Of a stretch of 64,000 bases of DNA, positions 1-10,793 are shown piece by piece. Each line of letters begins with the position of its first letter. Position 1 is the stretch's first letter. The position numbers were made by a program, and so were the translations under genes. Under the pieces are notes generated by a model. It worked only from the letters and a program-made list of their open reading frames with translations. It ran no database searches and was not told the DNA's origin. Origin of the DNA: Candidatus Cloacimonadales bacterium (GTDB taxonomy: Bacteria; Cloacimonadota; Cloacimonadia; Cloacimonadales; JAFGVF01); assembly GCA_963663475.2 (NCBI GenBank), contig CAXXJV010000001.1, positions 2,016,001-2,080,000 of the forward strand, read 5' to 3'.

Positions 1-3000
1 TAAGCCATTGAGTGTATTTCTATATACAGAAATGACTGCCCAATAATAATCACCATTTTCTAGTTGGGTAACATTATCTTCAATTGCACTTTCGCTTACA
101 AGTGTATCAATTACAGTCCATGTATCTGTTTCTGATATCTGGTCAGCTGTTAATGAATAAACATTATATCCTACTAAACCATAAGTGTCTTCTGCTTGAA
201 TCCAAGAAATCTCAGGAAGAGGATTAGTAAAGTTCACATCAACAGAGATTACTTGATGAGGTATTAACTTAAGATAATCAGGGGCAAATAATGTCTCAGC
301 ATATTCAGAAGTCGAATAATTAGCTCTCAGTGAGAAATCATAAACACCATTATCAGCATTAATTATAGTATAACTTAGAGAATTAGTCTCAGTAATTACT
401 TCCTGGCCATTTAGTAGGGTAAAGCTCTCTAATCCATATACATCTGAAGGATTATCCCAGCTTATAATTATATCGTTATCAATTGTTTCAATAGTTGAAT
501 TTTCTACAGGATAAGCTATAATTAATGTGTATTCAAGATTTTCAGATGCAATTTCGTTATCATCTATATAGATAGATTTAACCATGAATGAGTAGAGGCC
601 ATTTACCTGATCAGTAAATACATAACTTGTATCTTCAGTTGAATCAACAAAGACATTATTCTGATAAACTTCATATGATACAAAACCAAAAGTATCTTGA
701 GGTTGATCCCAACTTAAGGTTAAATCATTGCCTATAGATGCTATGTTAAGATTAGTAACAGGGTAGGCATTATAGATCATAACATTAGATATATCAACTG
801 TTTCATCAGCTTCAATTTCAGAATTGTAATTTGCTGTGATAGTGTAATCATATATTCCATTAGCAATAGCTTGATCAAGATATGTAGTAGTATTTGCTTC
901 TAGGACTACTTCAAATCTAGCGAGCTGACTAGTTTCTCTGGTAAGAGTAATAGATTCCAGACCGAATGTATCGGCAGGTAATTGCCAAGATATTTCTAGA
1001 TCACTAACAATCAATTCATAGCTAGTATCTGTTACTGGATAGGTCTTGATTAATTCATAAGCAAGTATCTCACTAGCTTGTGACTGACTTGAACTATAGA
1101 TTGTTTTTACAGAGAAATTATAGTCTCCATTGGCTAAGTCAAGACTGTAAGTATTTTCACTTGTTGATGCTAAAAGCTCACTATCATTATATATCTCGAA
1201 GGATATGAAATCATAATCGCCACCAGTGTAATCCCATATTAGACTGGTATTTTCCTCTGAAGATGAAATAGCTAGGTTTGTAGGACTTACTGGAATAAGT
1301 AAACTGATAGCTTGACTATTTACACTTTCCTCATTTCCGCCTTGATAAATAGATTTAACACTATATTGATAAAGGCCATTTTCAGGATTTATATCAATAT
1401 AATTACTCTCAGAACTTGCTAAATCTGTTATAAACTCATCATTTCTATAAATAGCATAGTTAAGTAAACCATAAGTATCATTAGGCGCTAACCAAGATAG
1501 AACAATGTCCTCAGCTTCAATTGAAGTTGTTAGGTCTTGAACAGGATAGGCTAAGATATAAGTTTGATTTACAGCCTCTGTTAGAGGATTTTCTACACTA
1601 TCATTGTAGTAGGTCATAACCTGATAAGAATATTCACCATTGGCAAGATTGACATCAAGGAAATTATTAGCTTGAGTTTGGCCAACAACTATATCATTTC
1701 TTAATATCTTGTAAGCAGAGATTAATCCCAAGTCTTGCGGATAATCCCAGTTCAATTCAATACCATTATCAGTGATTGAAGTGGTTAAATTATTAACTAA
1801 TTGAGGCTGAAGAATGTTAAAGGTAACTGGTTGAGATTGCTCAGAAGAAGCAAAATCATAGTTTGCCTTAACACTTAGCTCATAGATACCATTAGCTAAA
1901 TCACTTTCATTGTAGTAAGTATTACTAGTGGTTGTTACTTCTTGGCCATTCTTAAATACACTGTAATCAACTAACCTACCCCAAGCAGAATAGTCTTCCC
2001 AAGTAAGACTTATACTGTCATCATTAGATTGATAATCAACTATAAGAGGTATGTGAGCTTTCATGACATCTGCGTAAGCAGGATTACTAAGCTCAGAAAC
2101 TAGATTGTTATATACTGCTCTAATTGTATAAGTGTGTTGAGCATTAACTAAGTTTTCATCTGTATATTGATTTTGACTTACATCACTTAAATAAGCTATT
2201 TCTTGGCCATTTCTATTGATAATGAAAGCAGTTTCTCCATTACTAGGATTATCCCAAGTTAGGCTTACATCATTCTCATTAACTATAGTAGCAGTTAAAT
2301 TGCTAGGAACATCAGCTGATGCAATATTAGCAACAACACTTAGGGATGGGGAAGATATACCTTCGGCATAGATAGCTTTTACATAGTATTGATAAGTTCC
2401 ATTAGGGAGAGAATAATCCCAGAAGAAGTTATCAGTAATACTTGTTACAAGCTCATTATTCCTATAAATCATATATCCTGTTGCTAATTCAGATGGAATA
2501 TCCCATGTAAGCTGAACATCACTATCATTTTCAACAAATACTTGTAGATTTGTTGGTGCTAGAAGTTCAGGAGCAAGATAGATATTTACAGAAACAGTGT
2601 TTGATTCGATAGATATTCCAGCATCATAAACAGCTTTCACATAATAATCATAATCTCCATTAGCAAGGGCATAATCTGTCCAGGTAAGAGTCTGTGGATT
2701 ATCTATAAGAGTAGCTATTGCTCCATTTCTATATATAAGGTAACCTCTAAAAGTTCTTATTTGAGCACTAGTTGCAGGTAATTCCCAAGTCAAACTTACA
2801 TTATTATCTTCTACTTGAGCAATTAAAGAACTTGCAGGATAGGTGATTTCAATTTCAAAATCTAAAGTATTTGTAGGAATTGATTCACCTCCAGAATAAG
2901 CAGCTGTCACATAGTAATTATAAGAACCATTGGCTAGAAAAGAATCAACATAAGAAAGATCATTGCTTGATGCAATAAATTGGTCATTTCTATAGATATT

Positions 3001-6000
3001 ATATCCTATTAGACCCCTTGCTTCACTAACAGGTGCTTGCCAATTGAGACTTATCTCATCTCTATCAAGAGAGCCAACCAAAGTATGAGCAGGATAGAAA
3101 ACTTCAACAAAAGCTTCTACATCATTACTGGCTGGAGAAAGTCCACTAGTATAATTAGCTTTTACATAGTAGTTGTAGCTACCGTTGGCCAGATTTTCAT
3201 CTGTATAAGTTAAATCATTAACTTGAGCAATTTCTTCCTCATCACGATAAATAACATAATTTAGGAAACTTCTAGGATAAGTAATAATTTCATCCCAGCT
3301 AAGAATAACATTACTAGAATCTACACTTGCAAGTAAATTCTCTACTGGATAAAGAACTTCTACTAATAGATCAACACTATTGGAAGCTTGAGATTCACCA
3401 GCATCATAGAGGGCAGTTACATAGTAGCTATAGTTTCCATTAGCCAGGGCAAGATCTCTGTAAGTTAAATCTTGAGTCTCTGCAATTACTTCATCATTAC
3501 GATATATATTATATCCTAGAAGAGCTCTTGGAGAGTTAGCTGGCATATTCCAAGCTAAATCAACATAATCATCTGTTACTTGACCTGTGAGATTTGTCAC
3601 TGGGTAAGTTATTTCTACATTGAAATCTAAGACTTGACTAGCAGCAGAGGAAGCAGAAGCATAATCAGCAATAACATAATATTCATAACTACCGTTAGCT
3701 AATCCTGAATCAATGTAGCTTAAATCAGTTAGGTTAGCATATAGGTCGCCATTGCGATATAAAGAATAAGATAAGATAGATTGTCCTACATTTTCATTAA
3801 CATCCCAAGTTAAAGTGATTTCAGTATCATTTAACTGGCCTGTGAAATTAACAAGTGGATAAAGAACTTCAACAACTACATTTGCATATTGAGCTTGAGA
3901 AATACCTGTTGAGTAAATAGCTTCAAGCTTATAGTCATAAGTATCATTTATTAGATTCTCATCATAATATGATAAAGCACTAGCATCAAAGAAAATCTCT
4001 TCTTCATCACGATAGACTTTGTAGCCTAAGAATGATCTGCTAGAAGTAGGAGCAGCATCCCAAGTTAATAAAACATTATTACCTTCAACATTATATGTGA
4101 AATTTTCAGGTGAGTAAGGAACTTCAACTAAGGCTGATTGAGCTGGGCATAATTCTGAACTACCACTCTGATAGTTAACTCTTATGCTATATTCATAGTT
4201 GCCATTAGCAAGGGCTTGGTCTAAGAACTCATTTTCAATACTGGAAGCAATATCTTGACCATTCCTAAATATTGAAAAGTCAATAATAGAACTAGCAGAC
4301 ATTATGTTTTCATTCCAAGAGAGAGAAATATCATCTTCAAAAACACTTAGCTGAAGATCTTGTGCTGGATAAAGAACTTCTACAAGTGCTTCAGCATTAT
4401 TAGAAGCTTGTGAAATTCCTGTTGTATAATTAGCTTTTACATAGTAGTTGTAGCTACCGTTGGCCAGATTTTCATCTGTATAAGTTAAATCATTAACTTG
4501 AGCAATTTCTTCCTCATCACGATAAATAACATAATTTAGGAAACTTCTAGGATAGGTAATAATTTCATCCCAACTAAGAATAACATTACTAGAATCTACA
4601 CTTGCAAGTAAATTCTCTACTGGATAAAGAACTTCTACTAATAGATCAACACTATTGGAAGCTTGAGATTCACCAGCATCATAGAGGGCAGTTACATAGT
4701 AGCTATAGTTTCCATTAGCCAGGGCAAGATCTCTGTAAGTTAAATCTTGAGTCTCTGCAATTACTTCATCATTACGATATATATTATATCCTAGAAGAGC
4801 TCTTGGAGAGTTAGCTGGCATATTCCAAGCTAAATCAACATAATCATCTGTTACTTGACCTGTGAGATTTGTCACTGGGTAAGTTATTTCTACATTGAAA
4901 TCTAAGACTTGACTAGCAGCAGAGGAAGCAGAAGCATAATCAGCAATAACATAATATTCATAACTACCGTTAGCTAATCCTGAATCAATGTAGCTTAAAT
5001 CAGTTAGGTTAGCATATAGGTCGCCATTGCGATATAAAGAATAAGATAAGATAGATTGTCCTACATTTTCATTAACATCCCAAGTTAAAGTGATTTCAGT
5101 ATCATTTAACTGGCCTGTGAAGTTAACAGGTGGATAAAGAACTTCAACAATTACATTTGCATAAAGAGCTTGAGAAATACCTGTTGAATAAATAGCTTCA
5201 AGCTTATAGTCATAAGTAGCATTTATTAGATTCTCATCATAATATGATAAAGCACTAGCATCAAAGAAAATCTCTTCTTCATCACGATAGACTTTGTAGC
5301 CTAAGAATGATCTGCTAGAAGTTGGAGCAGCATCCCAAGTTAATAAAACATTATTACCTTCAACATTATATGTGAAATTTTCAGGTGAGTAAGGAACTTC
5401 AACTTGACCAGTTATGATTTGTGAAGCTACTGAAGAACCAGACTGATAATTGGCTATAATATAGTAATCATAAGAGCCATTCGCAAGGGCTTGGTCTAAG
5501 TAAGATAGACTATTTACTCGTGTAAGCTCTTGATTATTTCTGTAAATAGTAAAATCAAGTATGGAATTAGCAGCCATTGGATTAGGGCTCCATGAGACTA
5601 AAACATCATCTTCATTAATATCCAAAACAAGACTATTAGCAGGATAAAGTACTTCAATTTCAGCCTCTACTGCATTACTTGCTTGAGAATCACCAGAAGA
5701 ATATTCTGCTTTAACATAATAGCTATAAGTACCATTAACTAAGTCAGAATCACTATAAGTTAATTGAGTTTGAGAACTAATAAGCTGATTATTTTTAAAG
5801 ACTTTATAAGCTAAGAAACCTCTGTACATTTCATTAGGTTCATCCCAAGTAAGATTAACATTATTGTCCTGCAAACTTAGTGTAAGATTGTTTGGTTCAT
5901 ACAATACTTCCACTTGCACAGGTAAAGGACTTGATAATTCTGATAAACCATTTATATATACTGCCTGCACTTGATAGTCATATTGACCATTTGCTAGGTT

Positions 6001-9000
6001 GCTATCAATAAAGACTTCTTCAGAAATAGTCGCAATTAACTCACTGTCTTTTAATACATTATATTCAAGAACATTGTTAGCAAGACTATTTATATCCCAA
6101 GTTAAAGTTACAACATTACCTTCTACAGATCCAGTTAAATTATGGACTGGATAATGAACATCTATAACTGCCTCAACTTCTTCACTAAGGTCAGATTGAC
6201 CTGTCTCATAGATAGCTTTAACAGCTAAGTCATATCTTCCATTAGGATTATCAGTGAAGAGATAGCTAGTGTCAGAACTTGTTGCAAGAAGTTCATCTGC
6301 CATATAAATATTATATTCTAGTATGCTAGATCCAGCTAGTGGATTAGCTTGCCAGCTTAAGGTATAATTGCTGTTATCTACTTCTACAGCTAAGTTTGTT
6401 ATAGGATAGTGAAGATCTATTAAAAGGTCTTCTGAAACAAGGGGAGCTGATTGTCCATTAGTATAATTTGCTCTAATTGCATAAGTATAAGTGTCATTGA
6501 TTAAAGCATTATCATTATAAGTTAAATCGCTTGTTTCTGCTAAGAAAGAAGCATTTCTATATATGCTATAAGAACTAAGACCTAATTGGTCAATTGGTGA
6601 TTCCCAAGCTAACTCTACATTGTTATCTTGATTAGTCACTGTGATATTTACTGGTGAATAAGCAACTTCCACATAAGGATTAACTATATTAGAAGGTTGA
6701 GAATCTCCATTTGTATAATTCGCTATCACATAGATTGAATAAGTTCCATTAGCTAAGTCAGTAAGAGTGAAAGACTCTTGATTAATCTCTGCTTGTTCTA
6801 AGCTTTCGTTTACATATAGAGAATATGCTGAAAAAGCTCTACTAGCTATAGCTGGTCTAGTCCAAGTTAACTCTATGCTATTGTTTATTACATTTGCTTC
6901 TAAGCCAGTGACTGGATAAGTTACACTAACTTCAGCTGAAACAGCATTACTAGCTTCTGAATCACCTGAATCAGAATTGTTACTAGTAATAATATAATAG
7001 GAATAATCACCATTAGCAAGTCCCTCATCTGTGAAAGAAACTTGATTAGTTTGGCTTAAATAAGAACCATTGCGATAGATTTTGAATATGGGGTTACCAC
7101 TATAAGGATATTCCCAGCTTAGATTGATATCGTCATCACTAACAATGGCTTGAAGATTATTAATCAAGTAAGGATACTCAATCTGGATTTCATCACTATT
7201 TACAGGCTGAGAATCTCCATTAATGTAAGAAGCGATTATACTATAGGTGTAGCTTCCATCTGCTAAATCACTGTCAGTATAGGATGTTTCATTAATAGTA
7301 TCTATAAGCAGACCATTTCTCAATACTTGGAAATTCTCAATTGTGTCTCCACTATTATAATCCTTATACCAATTTAAATTAATATTGTTTTTGTTTTCCA
7401 CTTGGCTGGTAAGTTCAGCAATTGGATAGTTTATTATTAAGCTAATATCCTGAATCTCAGAAGATTGAGAAGTTCCACTTGAATAATGTACAAGAACATA
7501 ATATTCATAACTTCCATTAACTAAATCTGAGTCAGTATAACTTAGATCTGTGGTATTGGCAATAGATATGTCATTACGAAATAGCTCATATTCAATTAAA
7601 GATCTCTCGTTTTCTGCCAGAGTAGGTCTTTCCCAGTCTAAGATAATATCATTTCCACTTATCTCATAGTTAAAAGTTGTTACAGGATAAAGGATTTCTA
7701 ACTCAAAGCTTATGGGTGAAGTTTGTTCAGATAATCCACTAGGGTATTCAGTTGCTACAGAATACTCATAATAACCATTATTTAAATTTTCATCTGTAAA
7801 AGATGTTTCACTTGTGTTGGCATACTCAGAACCATTACGATAGATTCGATAGAGAAGATTAGTCCCAGAATTTGAATCAGCTTGCCAATCGAGACTTACA
7901 CTGTTACCTTCTAAAGTATAAGCTAAATCGTAAGGTGGATAAAGAATTTCTATATCCACTTCAACCTCCACTATTTCTGATAAACCAGAATTATAGAGGG
8001 CTTGTAAACCAAATGTATAGCTAGAATTTTCTAGATTAAATACAGTATAGTTAGTAATTCCAGTGTTATATATATTACTTATAATCTGACCATTCTTGTA
8101 TACCTTATAGCCAATTAAATCACGAGAAGGTCCTCCCTGAATAGCTGGAAGATCCCAAGTAAGATTAACATTATTAGTTTGAATATCTGCTGATAAATTT
8201 CGTGGAGGATAAGGATAATCTATTACCACTATTTCTGTTTCAGAAAAGTCAGATTCAATTCCGTCATAGACTGCTGTTACCTGATATTCATAAGAACCAT
8301 TTGCTAAATTATAATCAAAGAAAGTAGGATTGCTTATATTATAAACTGAGGCAACAATCTGATTATCTCGATAGACTTTATAAAACTCTATCAAATCAGC
8401 ACCTAATCCATAAGACCATGATAATTGAACACTTACTTCATTGACGATAGAACTTACCAAGTTTATAGGTGCTTCCACATTCATAATATTAACACTTGCA
8501 GGAAGAGAAAATCCTGATGTTAAACTATAATAGACTGTTCTAATCTTATAGACATAAGACCCATTTTCTAAGTTTTCATCATTATAAAAATTGGTGCTTT
8601 CATTAGTAAGCACTGTTAATAATTCATTATTCCGATATATTTCATAACCAGTTGCATAATCAGAACTCGGTACAGTCCATACTAAATGAACATTATCATT
8701 ATCATAAACACTAGCGATCAGATTGCTTGGAGGGGCTATTGACCCTATAACTATTCTTAGAGAAGAAGAAGGAGAGGATTCAGTTCCTGAATACATAGCG
8801 GTTACATATAAAAGATGCTCACCTTCGCTTAGTGATAAATTCAATTGTGGATTAACTGAAGATGAGTGAAAGTTTCCATTAAGATAGATATTATAACTAT
8901 CAGGTGTTATATCACCTACTAGGGGAGATGGCGACCAAGTAACTTCCACTGTGTTTTCGTTAACTTGATTATAGCTTAGATTAGTAGGTGGGTAGAATAT

Positions 9001-10425
9001 ACTTAATTCTACAGTGGCAATATTTGAAAAGCTTGATACTCCCGTATTATAAATTGCCTTTACTGAATAATAATGGACTCCATTAGATACATTACCATCT
9101 GTATAGCTTATAACATTAGGATTGTAGGATCTAGTTAACTCAGAGTAATCCTTATAAATTATATAACCCTGTAAGTCTCTTTGATAACCTGCAGGAAAAT
9201 CCCAGTTCAAAGTAACAGTGTTTGATTGAGTAATCTGAGCAGTAAGATTTTGAGGTGGATTTAATGGTGTCTGACCATCAGGAAGATCAATAGCATCGAG
9301 ATATATTGTATCATCTCCTCCAACAACAGACCCATCTTTAATGTATGACCACTTAAACTGATAAATACCAGGAGTGAGAGCATAGGAAGCATAAGTCCAT
9401 TCACCTTCTCCAAACCACTCATCTTGTTCTACACCATTAATATAGAAAACAGCTCTATCATATTGACCAATTGTTAAATACTCACAAGAAGGTTTAATGA
9501 AGAAAGATATATTGTCGTTTTCTGCAACTTCTAAATCAATTAACATAGAAGATGTCTGATTATGATTAATAAATAATGGTCTTGCTGAATGGGTTCCCTC
9601 ATAAGCTTCATTGCTAGCAATTGTCCAGCCTGCATTTCCTTGAAAATACCAGTTATTGTTAGTAAATCCAGATTCAAAAGATTCATCATATTCATTTAAA
9701 TTGCTGGGTATGATATTAATTAACATTTTCTGGTTATCAACACTAATCAAATGACCATCAATTATTAAATCTGTCAAATTAGTTGTATAATGTTCATAGT
9801 TTCCAATACTGGTAACATATGTGTAACGGTTATCAGCATTAAGTCCATCTATTATTATTTGATAATATCTGTCAACTGAAGGTGCATATCCTTGATATAA
9901 GACAGGCCTACCTAAAGCTAATTGTTGATTGATCATCTGTCTCCAATCAAAAATAGAAGTAGTAGCTAAATCATGCAATTCCATTGAATCAGAATAAGAG
10001 AAATTGTTCTGTAAAGCATCTTGGATATCTTCTAAATTTGAAGTTGTATAATCAATTTCCCAGTCTGATTCTATTGCATAACCTGCTATTGCAATCAATG
10101 CTTGAGTCTCAGGTCTAATTAAAATATTAGACATTCTTTCCCAGTCAAATGAGACTTGCAAATTCTGATTAATATTACCTAAATCATCATCATAATAAAC
10201 TGCTGTGCCATTTCCAATTGATGGATAGTTCCAGAACTTCATGATTTTTGCAGTAGCTAAAGCTCCACTTCCAGCATCAACTCTAGTAGATTGAATAACT
10301 GGACATTGGCCATTCCATGGACCATCAGTATTCCATTGTGATTGAATCATTGGTTCTACTTGCCCAAACAAAGAAGTAAATGCCATTACACAAAAAAGTA
10401 ATGGTAAAACTAAATTTTTTTTCAT
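1..10425 (-). CDS. Giant secreted protein (>3475 aa, 3' end outside window): signal peptide, peptidase C10-like domain lacking catalytic residues, beta-sandwich domain, ~36 FN3-like repeats
   Basis: Manual translation from ATG at 10425 (RBS GGAGG upstream): MKKNLVLPLLFCVMAFTSLFGQVEPMIQSQWNTDGPWNGQCP...AGSGALATAKIMKFWNYPSIGNG. The same frame is still coding at position 1 (...LENGDYYWAVISVYRNTLNGL). An LxNGxYxY motif recurs every ~255 nt. The frame was spot-checked, not read codon by codon. Confidence 0.9.
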   Translation of the reverse strand, partial: MKKNLVLPLLFCVMAFTSLFGQVEPMIQSQWNTDGPWNGQCPVIQSTRVDAGSGALATAKIMKFWNYPSIGNGTAVYYDDDLGNINQNLQVSFDWERMSNILIRPETQALIAIAGYAIESDWEIDYTTSNLEDIQDALQNNFSYSDSMELHDLATTSIFDWRQMINQQLALGRPVLYQGYAPSVDRYYQIIIDGLNADNRYTYVTSIGNYEHYTTNLTDLIIDGHLISVDNQKMLINIIPSNLNEYDESFESGFTNNNWYFQGNAGWTIASNEAYEGTHSARPLFINHNQTSSMLIDLEVAENDNISFFIKPSCEYLTIGQYDRAVFYINGVEQDEWFGEGEWTYASYALTPGIYQFKWSYIKDGSVVGGDDTIYLDAIDLPDGQTPLNPPQNLTAQITQSNTVTLNWDFPAGYQRDLQGYIIYKDYSELTRSYNPNVISYTDGNVSNGVHYYSVKAIYNTGVSSFSNIATVELSIFYPPTNLSYNQVNENTVEVTWSPSPLVGDITPDSYNIYLNGNFHSSSVNPQLNLSLSEGEHLLYVTAMYSGTESSPSSSLRIVIGSIAPPSNLIASVYDNDNVHLVWTVPSSDYATGYEIYRNNELLTVLTNESTNFYNDENLENGSYVYKIRTVYYSLTSGFSLPASVNIMNVEAPINLVSSIVNEVSVQLSWSYGLGADLIEFYKVYRDNQIVASVYNISNPTFFDYNLANGSYEYQVTAVYDGIESDFSETEIVVIDYPYPPRNLSADIQTNNVNLTWDLPAIQGGPSRDLIGYKVYKNGQIISNIYNTGITNYTVFNLENSSYTFGLQALYNSGLSEIVEVEVDIEILYPPYDLAYTLEGNSVSLDWQADSNSGTNLLYRIYRNGSEYANTSETSFTDENLNNGYYEYSVATEYPSGLSEQTSPISFELEILYPVTTFNYEISGNDIILDWERPTLAENERSLIEYELFRNDISIANTTDLSYTDSDLVNGSYEYYVLVHYSSGTSQSSEIQDISLIINYPIAELTSQVENKNNINLNWYKDYNSGDTIENFQVLRNGLLIDTINETSYTDSDLADGSYTYSIIASYINGDSQPVNSDEIQIEYPYLINNLQAIVSDDDINLSWEYPYSGNPIFKIYRNGSYLSQTNQVSFTDEGLANGDYSYYIITSNNSDSGDSEASNAVSAEVSVTYPVTGLEANVINNSIELTWTRPAIASRAFSAYSLYVNESLEQAEINQESFTLTDLANGTYSIYVIANYTNGDSQPSNIVNPYVEVAYSPVNITVTNQDNNVELAWESPIDQLGLSSYSIYRNASFLAETSDLTYNDNALINDTYTYAIRANYTNGQSAPLVSEDLLIDLHYPITNLAVEVDNSNYTLSWQANPLAGSSILEYNIYMADELLATSSDTSYLFTDNPNGRYDLAVKAIYETGQSDLSEEVEAVIDVHYPVHNLTGSVEGNVVTLTWDINSLANNVLEYNVLKDSELIATISEEVFIDSNLANGQYDYQVQAVYINGLSELSSPLPVQVEVLYEPNNLTLSLQDNNVNLTWDEPNEMYRGFLAYKVFKNNQLISSQTQLTYSDSDLVNGTYSYYVKAEYSSGDSQASNAVEAEIEVLYPANSLVLDINEDDVLVSWSPNPMAANSILDFTIYRNNQELTRVNSLSYLDQALANGSYDYYIIANYQSGSSVASQIITGQVEVPYSPENFTYNVEGNNVLLTWDAAPTSSRSFLGYKVYRDEEEIFFDASALSYYDENLINATYDYKLEAIYSTGISQALYANVIVEVLYPPVNFTGQLNDTEITLTWDVNENVGQSILSYSLYRNGDLYANLTDLSYIDSGLANGSYEYYVIADYASASSAASQVLDFNVEITYPVTNLTGQVTDDYVDLAWNMPANSPRALLGYNIYRNDEVIAETQDLTYRDLALANGNYSYYVTALYDAGESQASNSVDLLVEVLYPVENLLASVDSSNVILSWDEIITYPRSFLNYVIYRDEEEIAQVNDLTYTDENLANGSYNYYVKANYTTGISQASNNAEALVEVLYPAQDLQLSVFEDDISLSWNENIMSASSIIDFSIFRNGQDIASSIENEFLDQALANGNYEYSIRVNYQSGSSELCPAQSALVEVPYSPENFTYNVEGNNVLLTWDAAPTSSRSFLGYKVYRDEEEIFFDASALSYYDENLINDTYDYKLEAIYSTGISQAQYANVVVEVLYPLVNFTGQLNDTEITLTWDVNENVGQSILSYSLYRNGDLYANLTDLSYIDSGLANGSYEYYVIADYASASSAASQVLDFNVEITYPVTNLTGQVTDDYVDLAWNMPANSPRALLGYNIYRNDEVIAETQDLTYRDLALANGNYSYYVTALYDAGESQASNSVDLLVEVLYPVENLLASVDSSNVILSWDEIITYPRSFLNYVIYRDEEEIAQVNDLTYTDENLANGSYNYYVKANYTSGLSPASNDVEAFVEVFYPAHTLVGSLDRDEISLNWQAPVSEARGLIGYNIYRNDQFIASSNDLSYVDSFLANGSYNYYVTAAYSGGESIPTNTLDFEIEITYPASSLIAQVEDNNVSLTWELPATSAQIRTFRGYLIYRNGAIATLIDNPQTLTWTDYALANGDYDYYVKAVYDAGISIESNTVSVNIYLAPELLAPTNLQVFVENDSDVQLTWDIPSELATGYMIYRNNELVTSITDNFFWDYSLPNGTYQYYVKAIYAEGISSPSLSVVANIASADVPSNLTATIVNENDVSLTWDNPSNGETAFIINRNGQEIAYLSDVSQNQYTDENLVNAQHTYTIRAVYNNLVSELSNPAYADVMKAHIPLIVDYQSNDDSISLTWEDYSAWGRLVDYSVFKNGQEVTTTSNTYYNESDLANGIYELSVKANYDFASSEQSQPVTFNILQPQLVNNLTTSITDNGIELNWDYPQDLGLISAYKILRNDIVVGQTQANNFLDVNLANGEYSYQVMTYYNDSVENPLTEAVNQTYILAYPVQDLTTSIEAEDIVLSWLAPNDTYGLLNYAIYRNDEFITDLASSESNYIDINPENGLYQYSVKSIYQGGNEESVNSQAISLLIPVSPTNLAISSSEENTSLIWDYTGGDYDFISFEIYNDSELLASTSENTYSLDLANGDYNFSVKTIYSSSQSQASEILAYELIKTYPVTDTSYELIVSDLEISWQLPADTFGLESITLTRETSQLARFEVVLEANTTTYLDQAIANGIYDYTITANYNSEIEADETVDISNVMIYNAYPVTNLNIASIGNDLTLSWDQPQDTFGFVSYEVYQNNVFVDSTEDTSYVFTDQVNGLYSFMVKSIYIDDNEIASENLEYTLIIAYPVENSTIETIDNDIIISWDNPSDVYGLESFTLLNGQEVITETNSLSYTIINADNGVYDFSLRANYSTSEYAETLFAPDYLKLIPHQVISVDVNFTNPLPEISWIQAEDTYGLVGYNVYSLTADQISETDTWTVIDTLVSESAIEDNVTQLENGDYYWAVISVYRNTLNGL
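3149..5404. repeat. Near-identical intragenic direct repeat (3149-4129 vs 4424-5404, offset 1275 nt)
   Basis: Direct comparison shows long identical stretches with about a dozen substitutions. Confidence 0.95.
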
Positions 10426-10751
10426 AAATCCTCCGTAATTTATCATAAATAAGTCTATAATTACAAATATATTAATACTTATGCAAATTTAATTCCTTTA
10501 AATAATATATTTATAAATTATTTACATTAATAGTTAATATTTGTTAAGAAAGTGCTATTTATCTTAATTAGCTACTAACAAAATATCATCAAGTGATAGT
10601 TTAACCCAAAATGTTTAACCAACTATTTCAAATAATGTAATCTTTATCTACATTATTTTCTTTATAGTCTATTGGGGGTCTATTAGGGATTCATTATTTC
10701 TTTATTAGTTGTTCATTGGGTAGATGCATAATCGTCATGCACTAGTAGAAT

Positions 10752-10773
10752 AAAAAAGCCCCTAAAAAGGGGC
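10752..10773 (-). terminator. Intrinsic terminator
   Basis: GCCCCT-TTTT-AGGGGC followed by T6 on the minus strand, just after the stop at 10794. Confidence 0.8.
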
Positions 10774-10793
10774 CTTAGAGGGAAGCTTATTTT

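Noticed and set aside
3149-5404. Duplicated segment as a DGR template/variable repeat pair
   Set aside because: Both copies are in-frame within one ORF, far longer than typical TR/VR, differences are few, and no reverse transcriptase is in the window.
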